The notes: a model not told the origin generated them from the letters alone. 64,000 nucleotides of DNA from an uncultured Clostridiaceae bacterium (GCA_948444845.1 CAOJVB010000002.1:5345-69344), one strand, 5' to 3'; shown: positions 20,363-31,360, counted from the first letter of the stretch. Program-made: numbers and translations.

Positions 20363-20542
20363 TTACTCTTTATCACTAAGAAATATTTCTTTAATAGTGT
20401 AAATTAAGAATGCAGTAGAAATAAAAATTGCACCTGCAATTATTGAAGCACCATTTGGAAAATAATCTGCTATACAGAGCATACCAATTCCACCTACAAA
20501 AAGTACAAAGAACAATACAGTAATAAAAGAACTCTTTTTCAT
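20363..20542 (-). CDS. small hydrophobic peptide (59 aa), antisense to the suf operon
   Basis: AGAGGGG RBS. MKKSSFITVLFFVLFVGGIGMLCIADYFPNGASIIAGAIFISTAFLIYTIKE. Hairpin terminator downstream. A positional paralogue lies at 22420-22566. Confidence 0.45.
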   Translation of the reverse strand: MKKSSFITVLFFVLFVGGIGMLCIADYFPNGASIIAGAIFISTAFLIYTIKEIFLSDKE

Positions 20543-20640
20543 AAAGCAAGCCCCTCTTTCAAAATAAAGTTATTAACTGTTACAATACCATTATACTAAT
20601 AATTAACATAAAAGTCAAACTTAGAAAGGAAAAACAAAAA

Positions 20641-22041
20641 ATGTCAAAAACAAACATAAACGAGATAAACCGAAACATCTACGACATAAAAAACAAAGAC
20701 GAATATGAATTCAAAATAAAAAAAGGTCTAACCCCAGAAATAATAGAAGAAATATCAAAACAAAAAAACGACCCAGACTGGATGAAAGAATTTAGACTAA
20801 AAGCCCTAGAAGTCTACAACGAACTAGAACTTCCAACATGGGGACCAGACCTATCAGAACTTAATATGGATGAAATAGCAACCTATGTAAGACCCAAATC
20901 AAAACTAAACAATTCTTGGGAAGATGTACCAGAAGATATAAAAAATACATTTGACAAACTAGGCATTCCAGAAGCCGAAAAAACATCATTAGCAGGAGTA
21001 GGAGCACAATACGATTCAGAAGTAGTATACCACAGTATGAAAGAAGACCTAATAAAACAAGGAGTAATATACACAGACATGGAAACAGCAGTAAGGGAAT
21101 ATCCAGACTTAGTAAAGACTCACTTCATGAAATGTGTTCCAGTACACGACCACAAATTTGTAGCACTACATGGAGCAGTATGGTCAGGAGGTTCTTTTGT
21201 ATATGTACCAAAAAACGTTAAAGTAGATATCCCACTTCAATCATACTTCAGACTAAACTCACCAGAATCAGGACAATTCGAACACACACTAATAATAGTA
21301 GAAGAAGGAGCAAGCCTTCACTTCATAGAAGGATGTAGTGCCCCAAAATATAACAAAGTAAACTTACACGCAGGATGCGTAGAGTTATACGTAAAAGACA
21401 ACGCATATTTAAGATACTCAACAATAGAAAACTGGTCAAAAAACATGTTAAACCTAAACACAAAAAAAGCAATATGCGGAAAGAATGCACAAGTAGACTG
21501 GGTATCAGGTTCATTTGGTTCAAAAATATCAATGTTATATCCAATGAGCATACTAAATGGAGAAGGAGCAAAAACAGAATTCACAGGAATATCATTTGCA
21601 GGAACAGGTCAAAACCTAGACAATGGCTTTAAAGTAGTACACAACGCACCAAACACATCAAGTGTAGTAAACGCAAAATCAATATCAAAAAACGGAGGAA
21701 AATGTACTTACCGTTCACTAGTAAGAATAAACGAAAACGCCGAAGGCTCAAAATCATCAGTCTCATGTGAATCACTAATGCTAGACGACATATCAATATC
21801 AGACACAATACCAACCAGCGACATAAGAACAGACGACGTAGAATTCTCACACGAAGCAAAAATAGGAAAAATAAGCGACAAAACAATATTCTACCTAATG
21901 AGCAGAGGCCTATCAGAAGAAGACGCAAAAGCCATGATAGTAAGAGGCTTCGCCTACCCAATCTCCAAAGAACTCCCAGTAGAATACGCCGTAGAAATGA
22001 ACAACCTAATAAACCTAGAACTAGAAGGCTCAATAGGCTAA
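20641..22041 (+). CDS. sufB: Fe-S cluster assembly protein SufB
   Basis: 466 aa, uninterrupted. ..HGAVWSGGSFVYVPKNV..FEHTLIIVEEGASLHFIEGCSAP..SKISDKTIFYLMSRGLSEEDA. No in-frame CGG. Confidence 0.93.
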   Translation: MSKTNINEINRNIYDIKNKDEYEFKIKKGLTPEIIEEISKQKNDPDWMKEFRLKALEVYNELELPTWGPDLSELNMDEIATYVRPKSKLNNSWEDVPEDIKNTFDKLGIPEAEKTSLAGVGAQYDSEVVYHSMKEDLIKQGVIYTDMETAVREYPDLVKTHFMKCVPVHDHKFVALHGAVWSGGSFVYVPKNVKVDIPLQSYFRLNSPESGQFEHTLIIVEEGASLHFIEGCSAPKYNKVNLHAGCVELYVKDNAYLRYSTIENWSKNMLNLNTKKAICGKNAQVDWVSGSFGSKISMLYPMSILNGEGAKTEFTGISFAGTGQNLDNGFKVVHNAPNTSSVVNAKSISKNGGKCTYRSLVRINENAEGSKSSVSCESLMLDDISISDTIPTSDIRTDDVEFSHEAKIGKISDKTIFYLMSRGLSEEDAKAMIVRGFAYPISKELPVEYAVEMNNLINLELEGSIG

Positions 22042-22044
22042 AAC

Positions 22045-22221
22045 TAAAATTAGGCAGTCACTAGCACTGGGTTAGTCGCTAGCATTGGGGCCTGTCCCTA
22101 AATGGATGCCAAAAAACAAGAAGGGGTAGCTTTGGGGACGGTTCGTAATCGGAAACAAGATAGAGAAGAACCTCAAGTAAAAAACAAAAATAATCTGGCT
22201 AGATTAGGAACTGTCCCCAAT
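22045..22221. repeat. family-A repeat complex (tandem CTAGCAnTGGG units plus a full inverted-repeat element)
   Basis: 22132-22221 is near-identical to 12587-12678. Confidence 0.65.
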
Positions 22222-22419
22222 ACGGAAACAAGATAGAAAACAAAAATAATCGAAACAAACAAATGATAGCAAAAAACAACCCAATCAAACTGCAGATATA
22301 ATTATATCTACACTCTGAATTACTCTACATTAATTATATTGGTAGTTAAAATAATGCATAAAAAATAAGAAATGAATAAGAAAAACTGCTCATATTATAT
22401 GAGCAGTAATAAGAGAGTT

Positions 22420-22566
22420 TTACAATACATTAACTGAAAACGATAAATAGAACATTAAGATTGCCACAGCTAATGCTAAAAGATTAGCATTAAATATAGC
22501 AAATAAAGAAAAATAAAGACCTGCTATAAAAAGAATAGCGAAAATTATTAAATTTATTATTTTCAT
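22420..22566 (-). CDS. small hydrophobic peptide (48 aa), antisense to the suf operon
   Basis: GAGAGGA RBS. MKIINLIIFAILFIAGLYFSLFAIFNANLLALAVAILMFYLSFSVNVL. Hairpin terminator downstream. Confidence 0.4.
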   Translation of the reverse strand: MKIINLIIFAILFIAGLYFSLFAIFNANLLALAVAILMFYLSFSVNVL

Positions 22567-22663
22567 TAAAAGTCCTCTCTTTTAAACATAAATCAATTAA
22601 CTTGTTACAATACAATTATACTAAAATTAACATAAAAAGTCAAATTCAGAAAGGAAACAAAAA

Positions 22664-23715
22664 ATGCCAAACCTAAAATTAAACGAAACCCCACTAAGAA
22701 CCTCAAGAAACTACAACATAAACAATATAAAACTAGAAAATGTAAGTATTCCAGAACAAATAGGAAAGTTTAAAAATGTTTCTATAACAGGCACAAAATA
22801 TACAAATAACATAACTACTGCAAATCTAACCTACGGCTTATCACAAGAATTAGAAACACAAGTAAAAGAAAAAACAAATCAAAAAATAAAAGTAGAATTA
22901 AAAGGTAGCGAAAATGTACAAATAGATTTTAAATTTGACAAACAAAACCTAAACTTAATAGACAATATAGAAATAATAGCCGAAGAAAACTCTAAAGAAG
23001 CCACAATTATAATAAAATACGAATCAGATGAGAACATAGAAAGTTACCACAATGGAATACTAAACGTAATTGCAAAAGCAAATTCTAAACTAAATATAAT
23101 ACTAGTCAACTTAATAAACACAAACTCAAACAACTTCATATCAATCCAAAATACACTAGAAGAAAATGCAAAGGTAGAATATTGGATAATAGACTTTGGA
23201 GGGAAAAATAGCATAACAAACTACTACTCAAACCTAATAGGAAACTCATCAAAAAACAATATAAATACAATCTACCTAGGAAAAGAAGAGCAACTATTTG
23301 ACTTAAACTATATTGCACACTTAAGAGGAGAAAAAACAAATGTAAATATTGAGGTAGAAGGAGCCTTAACAGATAAAGCAAAAAAGAACTTCAAAGGAAC
23401 AATAGACTTCAAAAAAGGAGCCAAAAAAGCAGTACGGAAATGAAACAGAAGCCTGCACACTACTATCAAACACAGCAAAATCAAAAGCCCTACCAATGTT
23501 ACTATGCTCAGAAGAAGACGTAGAAGGAAACCACAGCACAAGTAGCCGGAAAAATAGATGGAAAACAACTATTCTACCTAATGAGTAGAGGCTTCACACA
23601 AAAAGAAGCAAACAAGCTAATAGTCCAAGCAAAATTTAACAAAATATTAGAAAATATAGAAGATGAAAGCATAAAAGAAGAAATATTACAAGAAATAGAT
23701 AAAAGACTAGATTAA
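22664..23715 (+). CDS. sufD: Fe-S cluster assembly protein SufD; needs +1 shifts at CGG 23435-23437 and 23547-23549
   Basis: ..FKGTIDFKKGAKKAV|GNETEACTLLSNTAKSKALPMLLCSEEDVEGNHSTSS|GKIDGKQLFYLMSRGFTQKEA.. recreates the conserved SufD C-terminus. Confidence 0.88.
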
Positions 23716-23734
23716 TAATAAAAGGAGAAAAAAT

Positions 23735-24118
23735 ATGAAATTTTACATAGGATCAGGATTTAAAAATGTAGAGTTAGTAAACGAATTTTCAAAAAAATTA
23801 CAAAATTATGGATGGGAACATACATACAATTGGGCTGAAAATCTAAAAGAAAATGAAACAATAGAAGATTTAATTGAGTATTCAAAACTTGAACAAAAAG
23901 GAATAGAAGAAGCAGATGCTGTAATAATAATATTACCAGCAGGACGCGGAACACACATAGAGCTAGGAATGGCAATAGCATTAAATAAAAAAATATATCT
24001 ATATTCTAGCCAAAAAGAAGAATTTGATATAGAAAACACAGTAAATTTCTATCAGCTTCCAAATATCGACAGAATAATTGGAGATACAGACTATGCAATA
24101 AGAGAAATAACAAAATAA
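23735..24118 (+). CDS. nucleoside 2-deoxyribosyltransferase-like protein
   Basis: 127 aa. KFYIGSGF...ADAVIIILPAGRGTHIELGMAIALNKKIYLY resembles this family. Confidence 0.45.
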   Translation: MKFYIGSGFKNVELVNEFSKKLQNYGWEHTYNWAENLKENETIEDLIEYSKLEQKGIEEADAVIIILPAGRGTHIELGMAIALNKKIYLYSSQKEEFDIENTVNFYQLPNIDRIIGDTDYAIREITK

Positions 24119-24134
24119 AATTTTGGAGGAACAC

Positions 24135-24739
24135 ATGAAACCATCAGAAATGAAACAAATAGTTAATATGCTATACGACGAATGGAATTTAGGTAAGGCA
24201 GAAGCCAAAGCAAAAGGAAAAATATGTGCGTGGATTTATCTATTTGAAGTACTTGAAGAAACAGAAAAAGTAATTATCGAAAAAGAAGATAATAAAGTAA
24301 TAGGAATGTGTGGATACTCAAAATGGAATTCTAAAAATACTTAATAAGAAAGAAATTTTTTAGAGCACTGAAACTGTTATGTATTAATAGTCCACTAATA
24401 AAAGACAAAAACGCAATGATAAAATATCTTAAAGACTATGATTATACTCCAACTCAATTAGAAAATTACTTTGATGGAGAAATAAGTTTACTAATAATAG
24501 ACAAGTCTTATAGAGGTAAAGGTATTGGCAAAAAGATGATTAATAAAATATTTGAATGTGCCAAAGAAGATAATATGAAAAATATTGAAATACTTACAGA
24601 CGAAAGTTGCAATTTTAAATTTTACGAATACTGTGGTTGTAAGAAAGTATATGAAAAGATTATACCAAATAATGAACCAGATAAATGCGGAAATGTAAGT
24701 AATGAAATAGGCTATATTTATGAAAAGGTACTTAATTAA
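24135..24739 (+). pseudogene. GNAT-family N-acetyltransferase interrupted by a -1 frameshift in an A5 run (24333-24337)
   Basis: ..VIGMCGYSKWNSK then a stop. The frame shifted by one missing A continues KYLIRKKFF..ISLLIIDKSYRGKGIGKKMINKIFE (acetyl-CoA binding R/Q-x-x-G-x-G/A). Not a CGG site. Confidence 0.6.
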
Positions 24740-24756
24740 AAGGAAAGGGAATAAAC

Positions 24757-25977
24757 ATGAACATAGAAGAAATAAAAAAAGATTTTCCAATATTACAAAA
24801 TAAAGAAATAACATACCTAGATAGTGGAGCAACAACACAAAAACCAATACAAGTAATAAAAGCAGTAGAAGAGTTCTACGAAAGATATAATGCAAACCCA
24901 CATAGAGGAGCATATTCTTTAAGTATAGAAGCAACAGAAAATTATGAAAACACTAGAAGAAAAATCGCAAAATTCATAAATGCAAAACATCCAGAAGAAA
25001 TAATATTTTCAAAAAATGCAACTGAAAGCTTAAATTTACTTGCCTATTCATATGGAATGGAAAACTTAAAAAAAGATGACGAAATAGTAATATCAATAAT
25101 GGAACATCACTCTAACTTAGTACCATGGCAAAAAGTTTGTAAGGTTACAAATGCGAAATTAAACTATATGTACATAAACGATGAATTCGAAATTTCAGAA
25201 GAAGAAATAGAAAATAAAATTACAGACAAAACAAAAATAGTTAGCATTACACACGTTTCAAATGTTCTTGGGACAATAAATAACCTAGAGAAAATTATAA
25301 AATATGCCCATAAAAAAGGAGCAATAGTAATTGTAGACGCATCACAAAGTATTCCACATATGAAAATAGATGTAGAAAAATTAGACTGCGACTTCTTAAT
25401 ATTCTCAGGACACAAAATGCTAGCACCACTAGGAATAGGTGTACTATATGGAAAAAGAGAATTATTAAATAAAATGACACCTTTCCTAATGGGTGGAGAT
25501 ATGATAGAATATGTTCACGAACAAGAAACAACTTTCGCACCACTACCAAATAAATTTGAAGCAGGAACCCAAAACATAGAAGGAGTAATAGGCCTAGGAG
25601 CAGCAATAGACTATATAGAAAATATCGGATATGATAACATACAAAAAATAGAAGAAGAACTACTATCTTATGCAACACAAGAACTATCTAAACTAGACTA
25701 TCTAGAAATATATAAAACGAAAAATAATAAAAATCATTCAGGAGTTATATCTTTTAATATAAAAGGAGTACACCCACACGATGTAGCTAGTATTTTAGAT
25801 AACTTAGGAATATGCATCCGCTCAGGCAACCACTGTGCACAACCACTAATGAGGTTTTTAGGAATAGACTCAACATGTAGAGCAAGCTTTTATTTTTATA
25901 ATACAAAGGAAGATGTAGATAAACTAATAGAAGGCTTAAACAAAGCTTATGAAATGTTTAAAAAATATATTAATTAA
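24757..25977 (+). CDS. sufS: cysteine desulfurase SufS
   Basis: ..YLDSGATTQKP..NPHRGAY..SGHKMLAPLGIGVLYG..RSGNHCAQPL are class V aminotransferase/SufS motifs. Confidence 0.92.
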   Translation: MNIEEIKKDFPILQNKEITYLDSGATTQKPIQVIKAVEEFYERYNANPHRGAYSLSIEATENYENTRRKIAKFINAKHPEEIIFSKNATESLNLLAYSYGMENLKKDDEIVISIMEHHSNLVPWQKVCKVTNAKLNYMYINDEFEISEEEIENKITDKTKIVSITHVSNVLGTINNLEKIIKYAHKKGAIVIVDASQSIPHMKIDVEKLDCDFLIFSGHKMLAPLGIGVLYGKRELLNKMTPFLMGGDMIEYVHEQETTFAPLPNKFEAGTQNIEGVIGLGAAIDYIENIGYDNIQKIEEELLSYATQELSKLDYLEIYKTKNNKNHSGVISFNIKGVHPHDVASILDNLGICIRSGNHCAQPLMRFLGIDSTCRASFYFYNTKEDVDKLIEGLNKAYEMFKKYIN

Positions 25978-26182
25978 GAGAAAATAAAAAACAAAAAAAT
26001 GTTTGCAACAATATTGACATTATATGGAAAACATAATATAATCCAAATGTGTTTTTTAAGTAGTTACCAAATTCTAGCATAAGTGCATAGATTAACAAGC
26101 TATGCAAGTGCTTGTTAATTTATGCATTTATGCTTTATTTAAGGCTTAAATGTAAATTACAAAAGAAGGAGGTAAAACACCA

Positions 26183-26362
26183 ATGGAATTAATAGAAAAA
26201 CTATTAATGAAGTTAGTGTCTTTTGGAGGAATTGGCTTTTTAATTTATATTTGTTCAAAAAATAAATACATATTAAAATACACTTCTGAAAAAAGAAAAT
26301 TAGAGATTTATCCCGAAGAGGGCAAATCTCTAAAAACTAAAAACACATTGGAAAAGGAGTAA
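26183..26362 (+). CDS. small membrane protein inserted between sufS and sufU
   Basis: Own TTGACA/TATAAT promoter and AGGAGG RBS. MELIEKLLMKLVSFGGIGFLIYICSKNK... (59 aa, below the ORF-track cutoff). Confidence 0.4.
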   Translation: MELIEKLLMKLVSFGGIGFLIYICSKNKYILKYTSEKRKLEIYPEEGKSLKTKNTLEKE

Positions 26363-26465
26363 TCCTTTTCCTTTTATATTATTATATTATCATAAACAAA
26401 ATTAGTTGTCAAATAAATTAAAATAACAATGAAAAATTAATAAAAATAATAGGAGTTTTGAAATA

Positions 26466-26900
26466 ATGGAAGATTTAACAGCTGTTTATAATGAACTGAT
26501 AATGGAACACAGTATGAATTCATATAATAAGAGAAAATTAGAAAAAACAGATTATGAACAAATAGGTCATAATCCAAATTGTGGAGATGAAATTACACTA
26601 GAGCTAAAACTAAATGGCAATATAATAGAAGATATGGCATTTTCAGGCCACGGCTGTGCCATATCACAAGCATCAACTTCAATAATGATAGACACACTAA
26701 AAGGAAAAACACTAGAAGAAGCACAAGAAATAGTAAATACATTTATAGGAATGATAAAAAGAGAAATAACTAACGAAGAACCCCTAAAAAAACTAGAAGA
26801 CGCAATAGCCTTTAAAAACGTAGCAAATATGCCCGCAAGAGTAAAATGTGCATTACTTGCATGGCATACGATTGAAGAAATAATAAATAAAAATTTGTAG
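26466..26900 (+). CDS. sufU: Fe-S cluster scaffold / sulfur acceptor SufU
   Basis: NPNCGDEITLELK..FSGHGCAISQASTS..ARVKCALLAW carries the three conserved Cys. Confidence 0.9.
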   Translation: MEDLTAVYNELIMEHSMNSYNKRKLEKTDYEQIGHNPNCGDEITLELKLNGNIIEDMAFSGHGCAISQASTSIMIDTLKGKTLEEAQEIVNTFIGMIKREITNEEPLKKLEDAIAFKNVANMPARVKCALLAWHTIEEIINKNL

Positions 26901-27109
26901 CACTTGTTGTTACTATAAGAAGATTAGACAACGAAAAAAACACATCTCTGTCTGGTCAATAGAGATGTATTTAAAACTTTTTTAAATCACTTGAATGGCA
27001 CGCCACACTTCTGTGGTCGTTCATCTTCTATAATTATTATACTTAATAAAATTAAAAAAGTCAACTGAAAAATTAAATAAAAAATATATAAAAATAGAGG
27101 AAAAAGAAA

Positions 27110-28162
27110 ATGGAAAATAAAAAAGTACTATTAGGAATGAGTGGAGGAGTAGATAGTTCAGTAGCAGCCGTTTTACTACAAGATCAAGGATATGAAGTAA
27201 TTGGAACAACATTAGAACTATTTGCAGGAAGTAGTTGTTGTAATATAAATACATATATAGATGCAAAAAATGTGTGTAACTCAATAGGAGTACCACATTT
27301 TACATATGACTATAAAGAAGAATTTAGAAAACATGTAATAGGAGATTTTATAAACTGCTACGCAAATTGCAAAACTCCAAACCCATGTATAGAATGTAAT
27401 AAATATATGAAATTTGGAGCAATGTACGAAAAAGCCAAAGAATTAGGTTGCACATATATAGCAACAGGACATTATGCAAAAACAGAATATTCAGAAGAAT
27501 ATGGAAGATGGGTGCTAAAAAAATCAAAAGCAGGGAAAAAAGACCAAAGTTATGTTTTATGGAATATACCAAAAGACTTAATTGAGTATGTACTATTCCC
27601 ACTATCAGAATTTGAAGAAAAAGAGCAAATAAGGCAAATAGCAAGAGATAGGAACTTAAAAGTAGCAAACAAACCAGATAGCGAAGACATCTGCTTTGTA
27701 CCAGACGGAAACTACAAAAAGTTCTTAGAGAATAATTCAGAAATTAAACCAAAAGAAGGAAATATAGTAAATAAAAAAGGCGAAGTTCTAGGAAAACATA
27801 CAGGATTATACAACTACACAATAGGTCAAAGAAAAGGCTTAGGAATTTCAAACCCAGTACCACTTTTTGTATTAGGCTTCAACAAAGAAAAAAATGAAGT
27901 AATAGTAGGAGAAGAAAGTGAGCTATACAAAAAAGAAATAATAGTTAAAGACATAAATCTATTATTAGTAGACGAAATAAAAGGCGAAATGGAAGTAGAA
28001 GTAAAAACAAGATATTCCGCAAAACAAGCAAAAGCAAAAATAACTCAAAATGAAGACAGTATAAAAGTAATATTCGATGAACCACAAAGAGCAATAACCC
28101 CAGGTCAATCAGCAGTATTTTATGTAGGAGACATAGTACTTGGTGGAGGGAAAATAAATTGA
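27110..28162 (+). CDS. mnmA: tRNA 2-thiouridine(34) synthase
   Basis: VLLGMSGGVDSSVAA PP-loop, NPCIECNKYMKF, ATGHYA, KDQSYVL. Confidence 0.92.
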   Translation: MENKKVLLGMSGGVDSSVAAVLLQDQGYEVIGTTLELFAGSSCCNINTYIDAKNVCNSIGVPHFTYDYKEEFRKHVIGDFINCYANCKTPNPCIECNKYMKFGAMYEKAKELGCTYIATGHYAKTEYSEEYGRWVLKKSKAGKKDQSYVLWNIPKDLIEYVLFPLSEFEEKEQIRQIARDRNLKVANKPDSEDICFVPDGNYKKFLENNSEIKPKEGNIVNKKGEVLGKHTGLYNYTIGQRKGLGISNPVPLFVLGFNKEKNEVIVGEESELYKKEIIVKDINLLLVDEIKGEMEVEVKTRYSAKQAKAKITQNEDSIKVIFDEPQRAITPGQSAVFYVGDIVLGGGKIN

Positions 28163-28382
28163 GATTAAAAAAACGTATTTTACTACAACAGATGGAGAAT
28201 ATCTAGAAGATTTGCTAAATGATTAAGAAATTTTATTTTTGTTATAGAACATTTTTATAAGAAAAATAAAATTTCTTTTAAGATTGACTGAAAAATAACA
28301 TATTGGTAAAATATAATATAGTAATAATAAGTAAATATAAATTAAGATTTAATGTAACAGATACAAGAGAGGATGAAATAAA

Positions 28383-29984
28383 ATGGAGAAAATAGAAAAT
28401 TCCGAAATAGATATTGATAAAATTAAGTCTACTAATGCTATAACATTAATATCTCTTATAATAACAATAATTTTACTAATAATTTTAACAGGAATAGTAA
28501 TAATATTAAGCTTAGGTGAGAACGGACTAATTAGTAAAGCTAAATATGCAAAAGAAAAGCAAAATCAAATAAATGCAAGAGAAAAATTAGAAATTACATT
28601 GCTAGAAGCAAACACAGAAAAAGAAGTTAATTCAGAATATAATAATAATAGCTTTTTAGATAATATACTAAAACAAAATGGTATATCAGTAAATGGTAAT
28701 GTAGTAGGAGTAGATAACTATAAATTTATATTAGATAGAGACAAGTTGATTATATTAGATGTGATAGATAAAGATGTAAAAACCGATTATGAAATAAAAT
28801 CAATAAATAAAAGTGATATAAGTGTATTAATAGTTATACAAAGCGAAGAAAACATAATAGAGCAAGTAGAATGTCCAAATGGCAACATTATATATTCAGA
28901 CAATAAATGTAACGTTAATATTGAATACAATATAATACCAGACTGTGACTATGAATTTATTATTACAACTGTTACAGGAAAGAAACTAAAGAAAATTATT
29001 AGAAAAGATTATACAGATGGTTTATTGCAACAAATTGAAAGCCTAAATGATAAAGGTAAGTTGACACTAGAAGTGGGAGGAACAACTACAAATAATATTT
29101 ATGAAACTGTTAAATATAGTATTAATGCAATTAATCACAATGGAGATATGGTACTAGATGGAACAAATACATTTGAAGGAGCAACATTAAAAAATGGTAT
29201 TTATTCTTTTGGAGATGCAAGTGATGTAGGAAATTCAACAGTACTTTTAAAAGTAAATGGGAATTTAATAATTAATTCTAACATAACACTTACTTCAGTA
29301 AGTGGAAGCAATAATGGGCCTAAAGGGTTTATTGTATATTGCACAGGAACATTAACTAATAATGGTACTATTACTATGAACAATAATAGTGCTTATGTGA
29401 CTGGTCAAAATATATATTTATATAAAAATACAAATAAAGAATATAATATGGTCAATGCATTAGGTGGAAATGCTGGAGCTAGAGCTGTTGGAAACACAAG
29501 TGGAACAAGGAATGGCGGAGAAGGTGGAACTGGCGCTTCATATAATTCTTCAGGAGGTGGTCGGAGGAGTTGCAAATTCCTATGATAGTGTAGGAGGATA
29601 TGCAAAAGAGGGAACATCATTTGGCGGACGGATATGGAGGAGGAGACATATTCCCAAGTGGAAATAAAATTGGTGCTACTCAAGGCTTAGGAGGAGGTCT
29701 ATTAATAATATATGCAGATACTATTCAAACAATGGGAAATATTAGTTCAAATGGAGGTTCTGGAACAGGTAATTATAATGACAAAGCTGGAGGACGGCGG
29801 AGGCGGTGGCTCTATAAGAATATTTATGAAAAACATGAGTGAAAATATAGACTGCTCAAAAATAACTGTAAATGGAGGCTCTGGAGCAAGTAAGTCTAAA
29901 GCAGTAGGAGGAAAAGGTGGAATAGGAACTGCAATAGTAAATGTTATAGAAAATGGAAATAGCATTCTATATTGGAAAAGATAA
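28383..29984 (+). CDS. pilin-like N-terminus, Gly-rich C-terminal domain protein; needs three +1 shifts at CGG 29562, 29629, 29795
   Basis: N-terminal NAITLISLIITIILLIIL..GENGLISKAKYAKE is shared with 31361-32182. ORFs 28383.., 29464.., 29600.., 29712.. are consecutive +1 frames joined at GGT-C-GGA, GGA-C-GGA and GGA-C-GGC. Confidence 0.65.
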
Positions 29985-30080
29985 AATGGAATTGTAAAAA
30001 ATAACATATTAGTAAAACATAAATGCAGTAGAAACTACCAAACATAATCATATGTAATAAATAGAGGGGACGATGGAATT

Positions 30081-30881
30081 ATGAAAAATAACAAAAAATT
30101 TTATTTCAGCATTAATGGAAGAAGAAATAACAAAAATAAAAATTAATACACAAAAAGAATTATACAGAGAAAAGCCAACAGATAAATTAGGAATATTAGA
30201 TTTAGAAGCAGAAATAAATAATAAGGAAAAAGTGGATATAGAAGTCAATTAATTGACAGAAAAAATTTAGTAGAAAGAATGTTATTCTATTTCTCTAAAT
30301 TATATGCAAGTACAATCGATAAGGGAGAAGATTACATAGGTGCAAAAAAAGTAGTAATAATAGCAATAATAGATTATGACCTAGACTTAACAAAAGAAAT
30401 AAAAGAAATGGAAACAGTATGGGACATAAGAGAAAGAAAAAATAAAGACTTAATGTTGACAGATAAGTTAGAATTACATATAATTGAGTTAAGGAAAGCA
30501 AGAGAAGAATACGAGAAAAATAAATCAAGTAAAAAAGCACAATGGATGATGTTCATAAATAATCCAAATGAAATGGAGGTGCAAGAAATAATGAAAGAGA
30601 ACAAAGAAATAGAAGAAGCAGTAGTAGAAATAAGAGAAATGAGTGAAGATGAAAAATTGGAAAGAATTGCATTTTTAAGGCAAAAAGCTATAATGGATGA
30701 AAAAGCAATATATGCAGCAGGACTAGACAAGGGAGAAATGCGTGGCAAAGAAGCAGGAATAAAAGAAGGAGAAAAGAAAAAACAACTAGAAGTAGCTAAA
30801 AAAATGAAAACAAAAAATATGGATATAAATACAATAATAGAAATAACAGAATTAACAAAAGAAGAAATTGAAAAATTATAG
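30081..30881 (+). pseudogene. degraded Rpn-family (PD-(D/E)XK, YhgA-like) recombination-promoting nuclease gene
   Basis: C-terminal two thirds align by eye with the intact paralogue at 37359-38258. The N-terminal part is truncated and frames are broken near 30090-30110 and 30245-30250 (not at CGG). Confidence 0.55.
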
Positions 30882-31360
30882 GTTTCAGTTTATTAAAAAT
30901 AAAAAAGTAGATTAGAAATTAATATTTTTAGCCTACTTTTTTATTGAATAGTAAAAATTGATTTGTAGGGGTATAGTTTGTGGGAATACTTTGTAGGAAA
31001 CGACACCACTGTGCCTTTTTGTTCTTAATAAAAGTAAATAACTAACTTAAAAAGTAACGAGGAGCTTACAAATGTAAGCTCCTTAAACCATGCAGTCAAT
31101 ACCGATGGTTCGTCGCATGGCAATGCCACACGGTACCACATATCATAAAGATATGCTAAATACTCTCAATAGAGTATTTGAATAATATTATAATTCTTTT
31201 AAATTGTCAATAGTTTTTTGAAAATTGGAAGAATTATAATTTTATAGGATGTTATTTAAAGTGTATTGACTCAAAAATAATATATTGGTAAAATATAGAT
31301 GTGTAAGCAATAATTAAACATAAAATTACATACGATAAATAGAAGGGAGGGTATATTTAA

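Noticed and set aside
29464-29984. ORFs 29464-29667, 29600-29842 and 29712-29984 as separate small Gly-rich genes.
   Set aside because: They have no RBS or start context. They are consecutive +1 frames of the 28383 gene, joined exactly at CGG codons.
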